In this document: positions 12,407 through 24,013 of the stretch, one piece after another
Position numbering within the stretch: position 1 is the stretch's first letter
How the letters are laid out: each line of letters starts with the position of its first letter
Assembly: GCA_025594325.1 (NCBI GenBank)
Contig: JANHCV010000007.1
Location: 1,550,001 to 1,614,000, forward strand
Source: Blastocladiella emersonii ATCC 22665
Lineage: Eukaryota > Fungi > Blastocladiomycota
DNA length: 64,000 bases
Direction of reading: 5' to 3'
Program-made: the position numbers and the translations under genes
Notes under the pieces: generated by a model
The model's database searches: none
What the model saw: only the letters and a program-made list of their open reading frames with translations
Told to the model about the DNA's origin: nothing

Positions 12407-12892
12407 TTGGATTTATGCGTCTCGCATCTCTGGATAGCCACTCGCGCGCTGCCATACGATAACGTTGCGAGCTTCATCTTTGGCGAATGGCAGCGGGCTG
12501 CGCGGTCCGCACCTGATTACGACTCCTCCAGCAGCGGCATCAGCTTTCGACGTCTGCTGTGGGATATTGGCTGCCTCTGTATTCGCTTTGTTGATCCACT
12601 GAACGACGAGTACTACAAGTCGAGTGGTACTCACAGTCGCGAACCACAAATTGTTGCGCAGCGCCATGCAGCCTGCGCTTGCAGCCGTTCGATAACCGCT
12701 CCTCACGTACCTTTTCCCATCAGCCCTCGGTGCGTGAATTCCCACTTCGCATGGTTTGTCCGCAGCGCGCTCACATTGACCCGCGCGACACGTTGTCATG
12801 CCAGGCAAGGCGTAGAAGCTCCTATCGAATTGGCCGACCTCATCAGCTTCGCGCACAACCTTTATCTCGCGTCACAAATCCTAGCCCGGTGA
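12407..12892 (+). pseudogene. Degenerate Fanzor/TnpB-like nuclease fragment (RuvC-II region)
   Basis: FIFGEW-x15-GISFRRLLWDIG-x11-DEYYKSS resembles the Fanzor pattern G[DN]W...GxGxRRxLxxxG...DE[FY]xTS. No intact RuvC-I or RuvC-III was seen. Confidence 0.5.
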
Positions 12893-12950
12893 TGCACGCG
12901 GACTCATCCACTCAACTACATCGCGTTTGACGTTATCATTATGGCCGCCC

Positions 12951-13165
12951 CGGTACTTGTGAACTCTCAAGCACCAGTACCGCTTCCACTCCGCCCGCTG
13001 CGATCACCATTACGAGCCTCGCCGACCGCCCTCCGCCGCATCGCTGGGCTGCGCTCGCGCGGACGCCGTGAAAAGACCGCGTCGCCCGCGCGAGTGCGGC
13101 CCTCTGTACAATCAGGTCGTTGAGCAGCGTTGCGCGGGGCTCGAGAGCGCCGTCGCGGGGAGCGT
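12951..13165 (+). ncRNA. Candidate structured RNA, copy 2 (hairpins 12951-12982 and 13046-13102), directly downstream of the Fanzor-like fragment
   Basis: cggtact/agtaccg stem plus a 57-nt hairpin homologous to copy 1, with pairing-preserving substitutions. Confidence 0.42.
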
Positions 13166-13424
13166 GGTCGTGGTCGCTTCTGTTGGGTGTACCGGAGCGA
13201 GATCCACGTCAATACACGTTACACTTCGCTACTCGAATCAGCTACAACCGAGTCGCATCGATGACGAGAGGACTACCGCGGCGGCGGCGGCACGCGCGAG
13301 TCCAGTGGTGATGAGCTCAGTTCGCGGAACCGCAAGCGAGTCAAAAGTGTACAAAACCGAGAATCGTATGTATAAATACTAAAAGCGAACCCCAACCACG
13401 GGCTCGACCCACTGCCTCGCCCCC

Positions 13425-14852
13425 TTAGACGTGGTGGCGGGCGCAGAACTCGGTGATGCGCTGGCACGCCTCGCGGAGCTTCTCCTCGGCAGGGCAGATG
13501 ACGAGGCGGACGTAGTTGGGGAAGTTGAAGCAGCGGGCGGGGAGGGCCATGACCGACTCCTCGGCCATGAGCATCTCGGTGAAGGCGATATCGCCGTCAA
13601 TGTCCTTGAACTGGGCGAGGTCGATGCCGACCATCATGTACATGGCGCCCTGCGGGACGACCACCGACAAGCCGGGCACCTTGCCGAGCAGCTCGGCAGC
13701 GACGGTCGCGTGGCGCTCGAGCTGCGCGTTGGTCTCGTCGTAGAAGGACTGCGGCGTGTCGTGCAGGATCTCGGGCAGGGCGGCCTGGACCGTCGAGTTG
13801 GCGCCAATGATGACCTGCGACAGCTTGAGCAGCGCCGTGCGCACCTCGGCGAAGGCGCCGTTGCGGTCGTGGACCAGGATCCACCCGAGGCGCCAGCCGG
13901 GGACGAGGTACCGCTTGGCGAGGCCGCCGACGGCGAGCACGGGGACGGTCGTCGACAGGTCGGCCATGGCGTGGAACGTGTTGCCCGAGAAGACCATGTC
14001 GGCGTAGATCTCGTCGGCGATGACGGGGAGGAAGTGGCGCTCGGCGACGGCCAGGATCGCCTCGAGGTGGGCCTTGGAGTAGACGGACCCGCACGGGTTG
14101 CTCGGGTTGTTGACGAGGATGCACGCCGTGGAGTCGTCGATGAGCGACTCGAGATGCTCCAGGTTCACCTCCCAGTTGCGCTCTGGGTCGAGGTCGTAGT
14201 AGGCGCACCGGATGCCCTTGCTGTCGGCGATGGTCTGGTACACGGAGAACCCGGGCCGCGGGAGCAGGATCGTCTGCCCCGCGTTGGCGAGGGCGCCGAT
14301 GGCGAGCTCGAGTGCGCCCGAGCACCCGCTCGCAATCACCACATCGGCGGGCGTCAGCGGGGCGGCCTCGGTCGCGTACCGCTTGGCAATGGCGGCGCGC
14401 GCCACCTCCATGCCGTGCGCGGGCGGGTACCCGTTGGCGCGGCCCGACTCGAGGTGCTTGGCGACGGCGCGCACGCACGACTCGTGGATGTTGAAGTTGC
14501 CGAAGACGGTCGGGTCGCCGAGCGCGAGCGAGATGACGGGCTTGGCCGGGTTCGGCGCCACCTTCATGCCGTCGACGATGGCGCGGATCGGGTTGGTCGT
14601 GTTCTTGGCCGCCTCGGACATGGGGATCGCCCACGCCGTGCGCCCGCTGCCCTGCTGCTTGGCGGCGGCCGCCTTCTTGCCCTTGGGCGTGGCCTTGCCG
14701 CCGTTGGCCGCCGACTTGGGCGACTTGGCGGGCGTCTTCGCGGCGGCCGCCTTCGAGGGGGTCGACGCCTTGGCCGAGGGCGACGCCGTGTCGGGGCGGC
14801 CGGTCGGGTTGATGCGCGCGCTGCGGCGGGGCGTGGACTCGGTGCGTGGCAT
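13425..14852 (-). CDS. TAT: Tyrosine aminotransferase (PLP-dependent, class I/II)
   Basis: NTTNPIRAIVDGMK, ISLALGDPTVFGN, NNPSNPCG, IADEIY and GGLAKRYLVPGWRLGW (PLP lysine); intronless from ATG 14852. Confidence 0.92.
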   Translation of the reverse strand: MPRTESTPRRSARINPTGRPDTASPSAKASTPSKAAAAKTPAKSPKSAANGGKATPKGKKAAAAKQQGSGRTAWAIPMSEAAKNTTNPIRAIVDGMKVAPNPAKPVISLALGDPTVFGNFNIHESCVRAVAKHLESGRANGYPPAHGMEVARAAIAKRYATEAAPLTPADVVIASGCSGALELAIGALANAGQTILLPRPGFSVYQTIADSKGIRCAYYDLDPERNWEVNLEHLESLIDDSTACILVNNPSNPCGSVYSKAHLEAILAVAERHFLPVIADEIYADMVFSGNTFHAMADLSTTVPVLAVGGLAKRYLVPGWRLGWILVHDRNGAFAEVRTALLKLSQVIIGANSTVQAALPEILHDTPQSFYDETNAQLERHATVAAELLGKVPGLSVVVPQGAMYMMVGIDLAQFKDIDGDIAFTEMLMAEESVMALPARCFNFPNYVRLVICPAEEKLREACQRITEFCARHHV

Positions 14853-15173
14853 GATGGTGATACAGAGCAAGTATGCGGTGCGGTGGGGGCGGGAGAGCGA
14901 GGGGCGGGCGGGCGGGCGGGCGCGAATTTGAGGGCGGGCGACCCGGATGGAGCCAAGCAGGGCAAGGAACGAAAGGGACCGACCGCTCAGCAGCATACGG
15001 CGCCCCCACCAACACGTGTCGCGCGCATTCGCCCGAGGACCCGCACCCGAAGAAACGCGTCGCGACGCGCCACGTGCGCACAAGTGACCGCGGCCGCGCC
15101 ACATTCCACGCGGATCGCCGCGCCGTCGTCTCCGCTTTCCCCTCTCCTGCTGCCGCGGCGCACCACCATCGCA

Positions 15174-16497
15174 ATGACCGACGATAACACCATGCAAAAC
15201 GCGCCCGAGACCGCCCCCGCTGCGGACGCCGCCGCCTCGGCCCCCGCGGCCGCCGCGTCGACGGTCCCGCCCTACGGCTACATCAACGGCGGGTCCGACT
15301 TTGTCGAGCTCACGCCCGAGCAGCTCGCGACGCTCAGCAAGAACGCGCGCAAGCGGTACAACCGCGAGCTCAAGTGGCACCTCGGCACCCCGACCCGCAT
15401 CGCCAAGCGCAAGGTCGAGCGCAAGCTCGCCAAGGAGCGCCGCCGCGAGCGGATCGCTGCCGGTACTATGCCTCGTTATCGTGACTGCGACCTCGGTCGA
15501 CTCACCCTGTAACCCCAAACATCTAGCGCGCCTCGCCGCCAACCCGCCGACGCGCCGCCCGCGCGTGCACCCGAACCGCGAGCCGTCGGGCGTCAACGTG
15601 ATCATCGACCTCAACTTCGAGAACCTCATGTCGCTCAAGGAGTCCAAGTCGCTGTGCAAGCAGCTCATGTTCTGCTACTCGGCGAACCGGTCGCACGCCA
15701 AGTCGGTGAACCTGGTCGGCGCCGGCATGTCGCCCGACCTCGAGGCCGTGATGCTGTCGCAGGTCCCCGCCTTCCGCAACTGGGACCAGTTCCCGATCCA
15801 CGCCGACCCCTACACGGCCCTGCCGGGCGTCGACAAGACCGACATCGTGTACCTGACGGGCGACTCGCCCAACGTGCTGACCACGCTGGAACCCGGTACC
15901 CACTACGTGATCGGCGGGCTCGTCGACCACAACCGCGAGAAGAACTTCTGCTACAACCGCGCCGTCGCCGACGGCGTCCGCCACGCGCAGCTGCCCATCG
16001 CCGAGTACATTGCCCTCAAGTCGCGCCGCATCCTCGCCGTCAACCACTGCCTCGAGATCATGGTCAAGGTCCTCGAGAATGGGGGGGATTGGGCCGCCGC
16101 CTTCCACGGGGTCATCCCGCAGCGCAAGGTCGAAAAGGACGCGGCCAAGGACGCCAAGAAGGAGGCCCGCGCCAAGCGCGCCGCCGAGCGCGCCGCCAAG
16201 AAGGCCAACGGCGAGGAGGTGTCCGATTCGGACGAGAACGACTCGGACGACGATTCCGACGACGGCGACTTTTGCCTCGTCCCCGCCAAGCGCGGCCAGC
16301 CGCCAGCATCCGACAGCGACGAGGACAGCGACAGCGAGAGCGAGGCCGAGTCTGCGCCCGCCGTTGCCGTCAAGGAGGAGCCTGCCGTCGCCGTCAAGCA
16401 GGAGGTCGCGGAGGAGGAGGAGGCCAAGCCCAAGAAGGCCAAGAAGGAGAAAAAGGAGAAGAAGGAGAGGAAGGCCAAGAAGCACAAGAAGGAGTGA
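15174..16497 (+). CDS. TRM10: tRNA (guanine-9-N1)-methyltransferase (intron 15463-15526)
   Basis: IIDLNFENLM, LCKQLMFCYSANR, IVYLTGDSPNVL, YVIGGLVDHNREK, QLPIAEYI and ILAVNH are SPOUT Trm10 motifs; acidic/Lys-rich tail. Confidence 0.92.
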
Positions 16498-16755
16498 GGC
16501 CTCCCCTTCTCACCACACGTAATATAGCTCTAGTACACACCCTTCCCCTTGTATTCACTCTCACAGCTTGGCCCGGTGCAGCGCATCGAGCTTGTACTTG
16601 AGCTGCTGCCGCGTCCGGCTGCCGCTCACCTCCCACTCGCGGTACAGCTGCACCAGCCGCCGCAGGTCGCGCGACAGCGTTGGGTGCGCGCGGATCGCCT
16701 TGGACGCGACGAGCGAGTGCAGGACTACACTCCCGAGGTTAGTCGTCGTCGCGGA

Positions 16756-18287
16756 TCACCGCCGTAGCAACGAGAACGTACTCCACGGCAAATGGTACGA
16801 GTTGAGCCGCATCGGCGCGTCGAACGGCGCCATCTCGACGCCCTGCGCCGTCCGCGAGAACCAGCCCCACCACCTACCCCCGCTCCCACCGGTCGCGACA
16901 GGCGCGGGCGACGGCGTGAACAGGAAATTGATGGCCAGCTCGTACACGCGCACGTCCTCGTACAGCGTCGAGTGGCCCGCCGTCCCGAAGTACAGCGACC
17001 CGGCCACCACGTCGCTCAGGTACACGAGCAGGTCGTTGTCGGCCAGCCCCGCGTTGCGCACCGCCAAAGCGAACACGACCAGATGCGCGAGAAAGTCGTC
17101 GGCGTAAAAGTTCTCGGCGTCGATGAAGACCGCGCGGAACACGTTGTGGTGCGACAGCGCGTGGAAGGCGGACGAGTACAGCTAAACGTGGCGGATCGTG
17201 AGCGAGGGCTGCGATCGCGGTGACTGCCGCCCGACAAACGTACCGGGACGACCTGGTCCAGCCAGCTCGACACGAGCGTGAGTTTGGCGCCGCGCTCGAG
17301 GAGGAACTCGGTCGCGGCGCGGTACCGTTTGCTGAGTGGCGAGTCGTGGCGGTTGAACTCGAACAGCTCGCGCGCCGCGTCGGCCTCAAGGTACTTGACG
17401 TACATGGAGCTGGCGTTCCACGGGAACGGGCCATGCGAGATGCCCGCCTGCGCGAGGATCACGACGCGCTGCGTCGCGAGGTCCACGATCCCCGTCTCCA
17501 CCAGCTTCTCGACCAGCAGCACCGACGTCGGCGTGCCCTGGCTGTGCGTCGCCACGAACAGCGTGCGGCACGACTCGAGCTTGTGCTGCCAGTAGCTCTT
17601 GTGGCTCGGACCCGGCGCCGCGCCGGGCGGCGCGTGCGATAGCGCCGGATCGATTACCTGCTCAAACAGCTTGTCGACGCGGTGCTCGACCTTGCCCTCG
17701 GCCTCGAGCGCGATCGACGTGATGGCCGCGCTGGGCACCTCGGCGCCGCCGTAGTGCGCCGCCACCCACTGCCGCAGCGCCTGCTCCATCTGCTCGCAGA
17801 ACTTGCCCGACGTCCCCGTCGGCTCGCCCACCACGCGCTGCACAAACTTCATCGGGAACCAGCCGTGCACGCCGATGATGCACACCTCGGCGAGCTCGGG
17901 CGGAACGCCGTGCGCCGCGGTCCACGGCGGTGGCGGGAGGCCGGCCGACTCGCTGCTGCTTGGCCACAGCGACGACACCCACCGCTGTGCGCGCTGCACC
18001 AGCGTGCCGCCACCGACGGCGGTCAGCGCGGCGGCGGACGGCGCGGACGCGGGCGCCGTGTAGTCGCACCACGGCAGGATCACGTTCGTCGGACTGTGCC
18101 GCTTGCGGCGCGGCGGCCGGTTTGCTGCCGACGACTCGATGGCTGTCCGCGTCGACATGGTCACGTCGCCCGACTCGCTGCTGCCGCTGCCGCTCGAGGC
18201 GGGCGGCGGTGCCGGGTCGTCCAGGGACCGCCGCGACCGCCGCGACCGGTGCTTTGCGACACTCGCAGTCGTCGTCGCCGATGACAT
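16756..18287 (-). CDS. YML020W-like alpha/beta-hydrolase-fold protein (intron 17182-17243)
   Basis: IIGVHGWFP, GEPTGTSGKF, LEAEGKV, ATHSQG, AGISHGPF, DQVVPLYSS and GHSTLYE are motifs of this conserved fungal family. Confidence 0.8.
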
Positions 18288-18473
18288 GGTCTCAGAGATT
18301 CATGGAAGTGTGTGCGATGCCGATAATGGAGAGAGAGCGGGGACCCGCCGCGGGCCTGTGTGGCGTCGTCAAGCTCGCTGCTGCGCGGACCCCCGAGACA
18401 TCCGGCCGCGTGCAGCGTGACGCACACCCCGCCACCCTCACCCGTCCATGAATCCAACACGCGACCGCATGCA

Positions 18474-21442
18474 ATGATGCGCCCCGGGGCACCCCGACTC
18501 AAGGACTCGGCGATCGGCAGCCAGGCGTCGGCCGGCGGCGCCTCGTCGTTTGCCGGCGCGACGCCCGTGCTCGCCAACGCCGACACGCTGCTGATGCAGC
18601 CGCCGCTCGAGGACGACGATCAAGCTTCCGTGGTGCCAGCGACCTCGTCGCGGTCACGGTTTCACCGCGGCAGCGGGTACCGCGGGGTCAAGGCCGCCGC
18701 AGGCGACGACGAGGCCATTGCGTTGCAGTCGGTCGGCACGCTGCAGGACGCGACAGAAGAACACGAGCGCGAGCCGCTGAGAAAGCGGCGATGGTGGAGC
18801 TGCGGATCCGGCGCAGGGAACCGGCCGTGGCACGCGCTCCTCGCCGAGCTCCGCACGCTGTCCCCCACGATCAAGGCGTTCATGGCCGTGTTCCTGATTG
18901 CTGGTTTAGGTGCGCTGGTCTGCTGCGTGGTCCGGGTCGCCATGGAGATGCTGATATGGTGGCCGTGTGTAGTCGCGGCCGTCTGGACGTACCTCAAGTT
19001 CCGCACGGCGCCGAGCGCGGCGGGTACGCCAATCGATTCCTCTTGAGCGATGCACTCTAATCACCGCAACACGTAGAAACGGCGCGCCATTGCCAGGTCC
19101 GCGCGCTCGACCTCGCGCGCGTGTTCGAGCTCGAGTTCCTGATCCTCGTACGGTCCATCGACGGGTTCGTGTCGACGATCGGGCGCATGGACCACACCAT
19201 GTTCTCGGCGTACGTGCGCGCGACGCAGCCGGACCCGCAGCGCGTAGCCGCCGTGACGCTGTACCAGCGCGTGACCGCGGCGACGCGCGACGCGTGGGCC
19301 GAGGCGTACCCGGAGGTCGGCAACCTGACCGTGTGGGCGCGCGGCTCCACCGGGCTCGTACCGCGGCCGCGCGACACGCCCGAGATGTGGCCGGCGATCG
19401 AGTCGGTCGCCATCTCCAAGGCCGCGGTCGTCGCCGGGAAATCGTTCCCCTTCATCGGGTACGATCCGCTCGGCGACCCGACGCGCGCTGAGGCGATCCG
19501 CGCGACGATTGAGGCCGGCACGCCGCAGATGACGGCGCTCATCCAGTTCCCGTCCGAGAACCAGCTCGGGTTCAACATCTACAAGCGCGCCACGGGACCC
19601 GTCGCGTCCGCGTCGCCCGTGTCCAACGATACCATCCTCGGCGTCACCTTCCTCGTCTCCGAGCTGTTCAACAACCTGTGGAAGGCCAAGGTCGACTTCA
19701 ACTACGTCCTGCGCGGGTCCGACTACGACATTCTGCGTTCCGCGCCCGACTCGGACCTCATCCACGAAGCCGGGTCCGCCTTCACCATCCCGCTCCTCAA
19801 CCGCGCGTGGCGCCTGTCGTGCTACCCGCGCCCGCCCTTTGGCATCTCCATGTACCGCTGGGGCAGCCAGTGCATCGCCGCCGCGTGCATCCTCGTCGCC
19901 CTGCTCGCCGCCGCCGCCGCCGTCCAGGTCAACCGCATCCTCGCCCGCGTCGACAGGGATAACGCGAGCATCGACAAGAGCCGGTTCCTCGTCCGTGCCC
20001 TGCGCGCCCGTGCCGAGGCCGTGCTCAACGCGATCAACGTGCCGGTCGCCGTCATTGACGGGCTCGGCCGCATCGCCCCGCTCAACACGCCCGCGGAGGA
20101 GCTCATTGGGAACGAGCCGGTCGAGGTGAGCGATGTGCTTCGGCCGCGCCAGCCGGCGGCTCAACCCGACGCTGCCAGCACGGGGACCGTCAGCGCGTCA
20201 GCGGGTGGCGATGAGGAGGCAGCGAACCGCCAGTTCCTCCTCGACCTCGGCGTCTCGCTCACGCCCGACCCGGCGCTCGACGCAGACCCGGCCTTCAACG
20301 GCCCGCGCACGTGCCTCGCGACCGTGCGCCCGCGCAACGGCGGGCCTGCGTACCCCGCCGAGATCTCGGTCAGCGGGTCCATCACGGGCGACGCGCTCGA
20401 GTCGGCCGCGACCGCGGGCTCGACCCGTCGCTGGATTTTACCGTCGCTCACGGCGGTGGTCACCCTCGGCCGCCGCCACCACACCCGCTCGCCCACGCCC
20501 TCGCCCGTCCCGGCGCCCGAGCTGCCCAACGACAAGTACTTTGGCGACGCGCGCGCGAGCTCGGACGCGCCGCGGCGCGTGGTCCTGATCACGGACGTGA
20601 CGGCGGCCGAGCAGCAGAAAGCGCAGCTGCGGCAGGCGAAGGCGGACCTCGACGCGCGGCGTAAGGCGAGCACGCAGCTCCTCCTGTACATGAACCACGA
20701 GGTCGGTAACCCGACGTACGTCCTGACGTCGCACGCCGCGGGGAACGGCAGCCGGCCGAACAGTTTCGTCGAGAACACGGGTCCGGCGGCGGCGCCTGTC
20801 AACGCGTACACGGAAGCAACGACCGCGATCGCCATGCTCAACGACCAGGTCGCGCTTCTCCTGGGCCAGGAGCTCGCGCAGCCCGACGCTGAGCGTGCGT
20901 GGACCGTCGCGGACCTCGCTGCGCACGTCGCGCGGGTCGTGTCCGGTCAGATGCGCGCGCCCGGCGCACCGCTGCCTGTCATTGCCGCGGACCCGGACGT
21001 CGCGCCGCTGCTCATCACCCGCGACGCCAACGAGCCGCACCCCACGCCACACCGCGCCGTCGTCCTCGCGCGCGTCCTCCGCCTCCTCGTCGCGCTCGGT
21101 TCCACGATGCAGCACACGCGCGCGCCCGTTGTCCGTGTCGTCCGCGGATCGGCCTTGGGCGAGGTGCGCGTGGTCGGCACCGTGGCGCTCGTTGGACACA
21201 ACGACGTGGCCGAGGTCCGCGCGATCCTGTCGACGCCGCTCTCTGACAACGACGACCCCGCGGTCTCGCCGACGCTCGACCCCGAGTACGAGCCGCGCTC
21301 GTGGGGCGGGCTGCAGGCGCAGGTCCTGCGGCGGATCGCGGGCGAGCAGCTCGGCGCGCGCGTCGCGATACGGGATGTCGAATGGTGGGACGCGGGTCGC
21401 GCGGGCGGGGTGTTTGAGGTCACGATCACGCTCAGAGTATAG
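18474..21442 (+). CDS. Membrane sensor: TM-CHASE-TM-PAS-like-HisKA-degenerate HATPase, no receiver domain (introns 18910-18972, 19024-19076)
   Basis: Two introns fuse the two ORFs in frame. The CHASE-like segment reads QRVTAATRDAW...IGYDPLGDPTRAEAIRATIEAGTPQMTALIQF...GFNIY. H-box-like LLYMNHEVGNP; C-terminal GGLQAQVLRRIAGEQLG...GGVFEVTITL. Confidence 0.72.
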
Positions 21443-21536
21443 AGATGGAGAGCGGCGGGAGCAATGTACATTCATTCTTATCTATCGTCGGTCAAAACTG
21501 GTAGCGGCTGCCGAAGTGCGGTGCCGCTGTTCACGT

Positions 21537-22667
21537 TCACTTGGCGGCATGGGCCAGCTCGGCCTCCTCATCGTCGCCTTCGTCAGTCGGCGCAAACTCG
21601 GCGACCATGGGGTCCTCAGACGCACCGACCCGGATCGGGATGTCAAGCTCCAGCTTCGAGTCCCATGAGCCCGTCAGCTTGACGTTGACCGAGTACTCGA
21701 TGCGCAGGTTCTCGCAGTTGTTGATGGTCGGGGCGGGGAACTTGAGGTCCCAGAAGTTGATGATGATGGGCTCGGTCACCTCGGTGTGCGGCTTCACGTC
21801 GAGCTTGCCCTCGAACGTGGCCATGCGACGGGTGAAGTTGGACGTGAACCTACTCGCGGGAACCGTGGTCAGCGCGCGGCGGGGTCACCTCGCGAACGCA
21901 GCAGCATCACGTACACCTGGTTCCCGTCGCGCCACCACGTCTGCTCCTTCATGAGCACAAAGATCCTGGCGCGGGTGATGGTGCGCGACGACCCGTTCTT
22001 GATGTGCAGGTGCACGTCGAGCTTGGCGTCGGCGATCCCGACAACGGCGGGGACCGCGTCAGCCGAAACCTCGAGTTTGCCGCTGTTCAGCTTCCAGCTG
22101 GTGAACGACTTGATCCGCGTGCGCCGGTTCAGCGTGCCGATCTCGCGCGCGTCGGCCTCGTCCAGCTGCCCGTGGATCGTGATGTTGAACTGCGTCTTCT
22201 GGTCGAACCGCAGCGTCGGCCGCTTCAGTTTGGCGCGGATCGTGTAGCCCACCTCGCCGTTCTCCCCAAAGTACGTGCTGGGCAGGTCGTAGTCGAGCGG
22301 CAGCGAGAAGGTCCACTCGTGCTCGCCCGCGGGCAGCGTGTCGCCGACCCACAGGTACACGCGCGGCGGGGTGGGCAGGAGCAGCTCGGTCGTCAGGTGT
22401 CGCGTCTCGGTGCCCTTGGTCCCGTCGGCCAGCGTGAGGTCGAAGATTCGTGTCCCGCGCGTCACGCACTGGCCCCACAGCTGCACGTACAGCGACTTGG
22501 TCGAGATCTCGCTCGTCGTCTTGACCACCACGCGGCCCGTCACGGGCGTGCCCACGAACTGCGGGACCTGCAGATGTGTGCTGGTGCATCAGCTAGAGCG
22601 GTCGGTGGACAGACGGACGAAGTCGGCCACGGACCTTGTCCAGGTACAGGTCAATGTCAATGCCCAT
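21537..22667 (-). CDS. Arrestin-domain protein (exons 22667-22635, 22567-21915, 21849-21537)
   Basis: VTGRVVVK, LPAGEHEWTFSLPLDYDLPSTYFGENGEVGYTIRAKLKRP and IEYSVNVKL...LELDIPIRVG are Arrestin_N/Arrestin_C patterns; introns restore the frame. Confidence 0.85.
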
Positions 22668-23144
22668 GGCCGGCCAACTGCATCAAGTGTCTATGCGTCT
22701 AGCGCTCGTTTCATGGGGAGCCGGACGGCGAGGGGAGCGTCGGAGGAGAGGAGGAAGCGCTACGAACGTGCATGCAAGGAGTCGGGGCGAATCCGGTGGC
22801 CGGCCAGCCGCGTGGGCCAGATGCTTCCAGTGTGATCCGATCATGATTATTCCGGTCGCGTCGTTCCCGAAGCCCGGGGGAACTCGCGCCCACGTTCTCC
22901 AGCTCTTCGTGGTGGATCTAAGTGTGATCTCGACCTTAACAAGCGCCTTGGCATTGGACATCGCGCGAAACTCGAGTCCACGTCGTGTCACCCTGGGAAC
23001 GAGGCTCCGGGTGCAAAAGATGGCGGGAGGGCCATTGCCACGAGAAGCAGTGATATGCTTCAAAGGACCACAAGCGAGCAGACACGTGACAATGGCCAGT
23101 TCCAAGGAGCGAAGCGAAAAAGGTCGACGGGGGCGCAGCAGCTA

Positions 23145-24013
23145 GGTGAGATCGGCAAGTAGTCGCGCGACCGCAATCGCTCCGCCGCCGCGCATAGAGC
23201 CTTTCATCATCAGCGCAAAGGCCGTCCCGAGCAGCGAGGTCTTCGCGTCGTCATGCACATGATCGTCGTGGGCTGGAGCATCCAGAAGCAGTTCGAGGCA
23301 AAAAGCTTGCGGGTTGCAGGAGGAATTGTGTGACTGCTTCGTCGACGGACCCGAGTCGGCAAGCCGAGTAGAACGTGGCGCGCAAGAGGGGCGCAACTTG
23401 GCCGGGTTTGAAGCCGCCATTGCTCGCAAGGTTGATAGCGTGCGCAAGCGGCAGATTGGGTCGACCACTGGGCGACGAGATGCAGGTCGTGCAGGTTACG
23501 GCCGTTGCGATTCTTCCACGTCGCAAGGACCGCCATTGCGTTTATAGCGCCCCGCCGCATGGCAGATGTGTGGAGACGCACGTACGCCCGCTGGTCAATG
23601 GGAATTCGGCCGTGGTGGGTCCAAGCCGGGAGCATCGACCAGCGACTGCGGTCCCCGACATCTCGAGAAACCATGACGGAAGCAAGCTCGAAAAAGATGG
23701 ACTTGACTTGAGCGTTGCTGCACGCTGGCGGCAGGTTGCGGTGCCGGTGACGGCGTGGGCCGTAGTACGGCAGAGCGACTGCCCGGAACCGGCTCGCGTT
23801 GCCAGCGGCAAGAGCAAGGAGCATCGGCCACCAAAGCTGCCCGTGCCAGAGTACTGACGAATTCACGCGCCAACAAGTCGCGCGGAGCGTCGCCGCGTCG
23901 TAGAGCGAGAGGTACGAGGCTATAGCCAGCTGCAGCTTGGGCGGCAAGTTGAGCAAGAAACAAGTGCGGTTTTCATGTTCATGAGTTTGCATCAAGTGTC
24001 GTCGTGAATCCAT
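23145..24013 (-). pseudogene. F-box protein pseudogene, 3'-truncated copy
   Basis: LLNLPPKLQLAIASYLSLYDAATLRATCWRV F-box motif; frameshifted; ends at the duplication junction near 23145. Confidence 0.7.

Noticed and set aside
11925-13165. Hairpin repeats as tRNA, snRNA, SRP or U3 genes
   Set aside because: No cloverleaf, A/B boxes, or recognisable U1-U6, U3 or SRP signature sequences were seen.
14853-15668. 747-aa TAT ORF as given in the track
   Set aside because: The extension overlaps TRM10 on the opposite strand and crosses the promoter; the real start is most likely 14852.
23142-23145. CTAG at the left duplication junction as a Helitron end
   Set aside because: No adjacent hairpin and no T following on the relevant strand.
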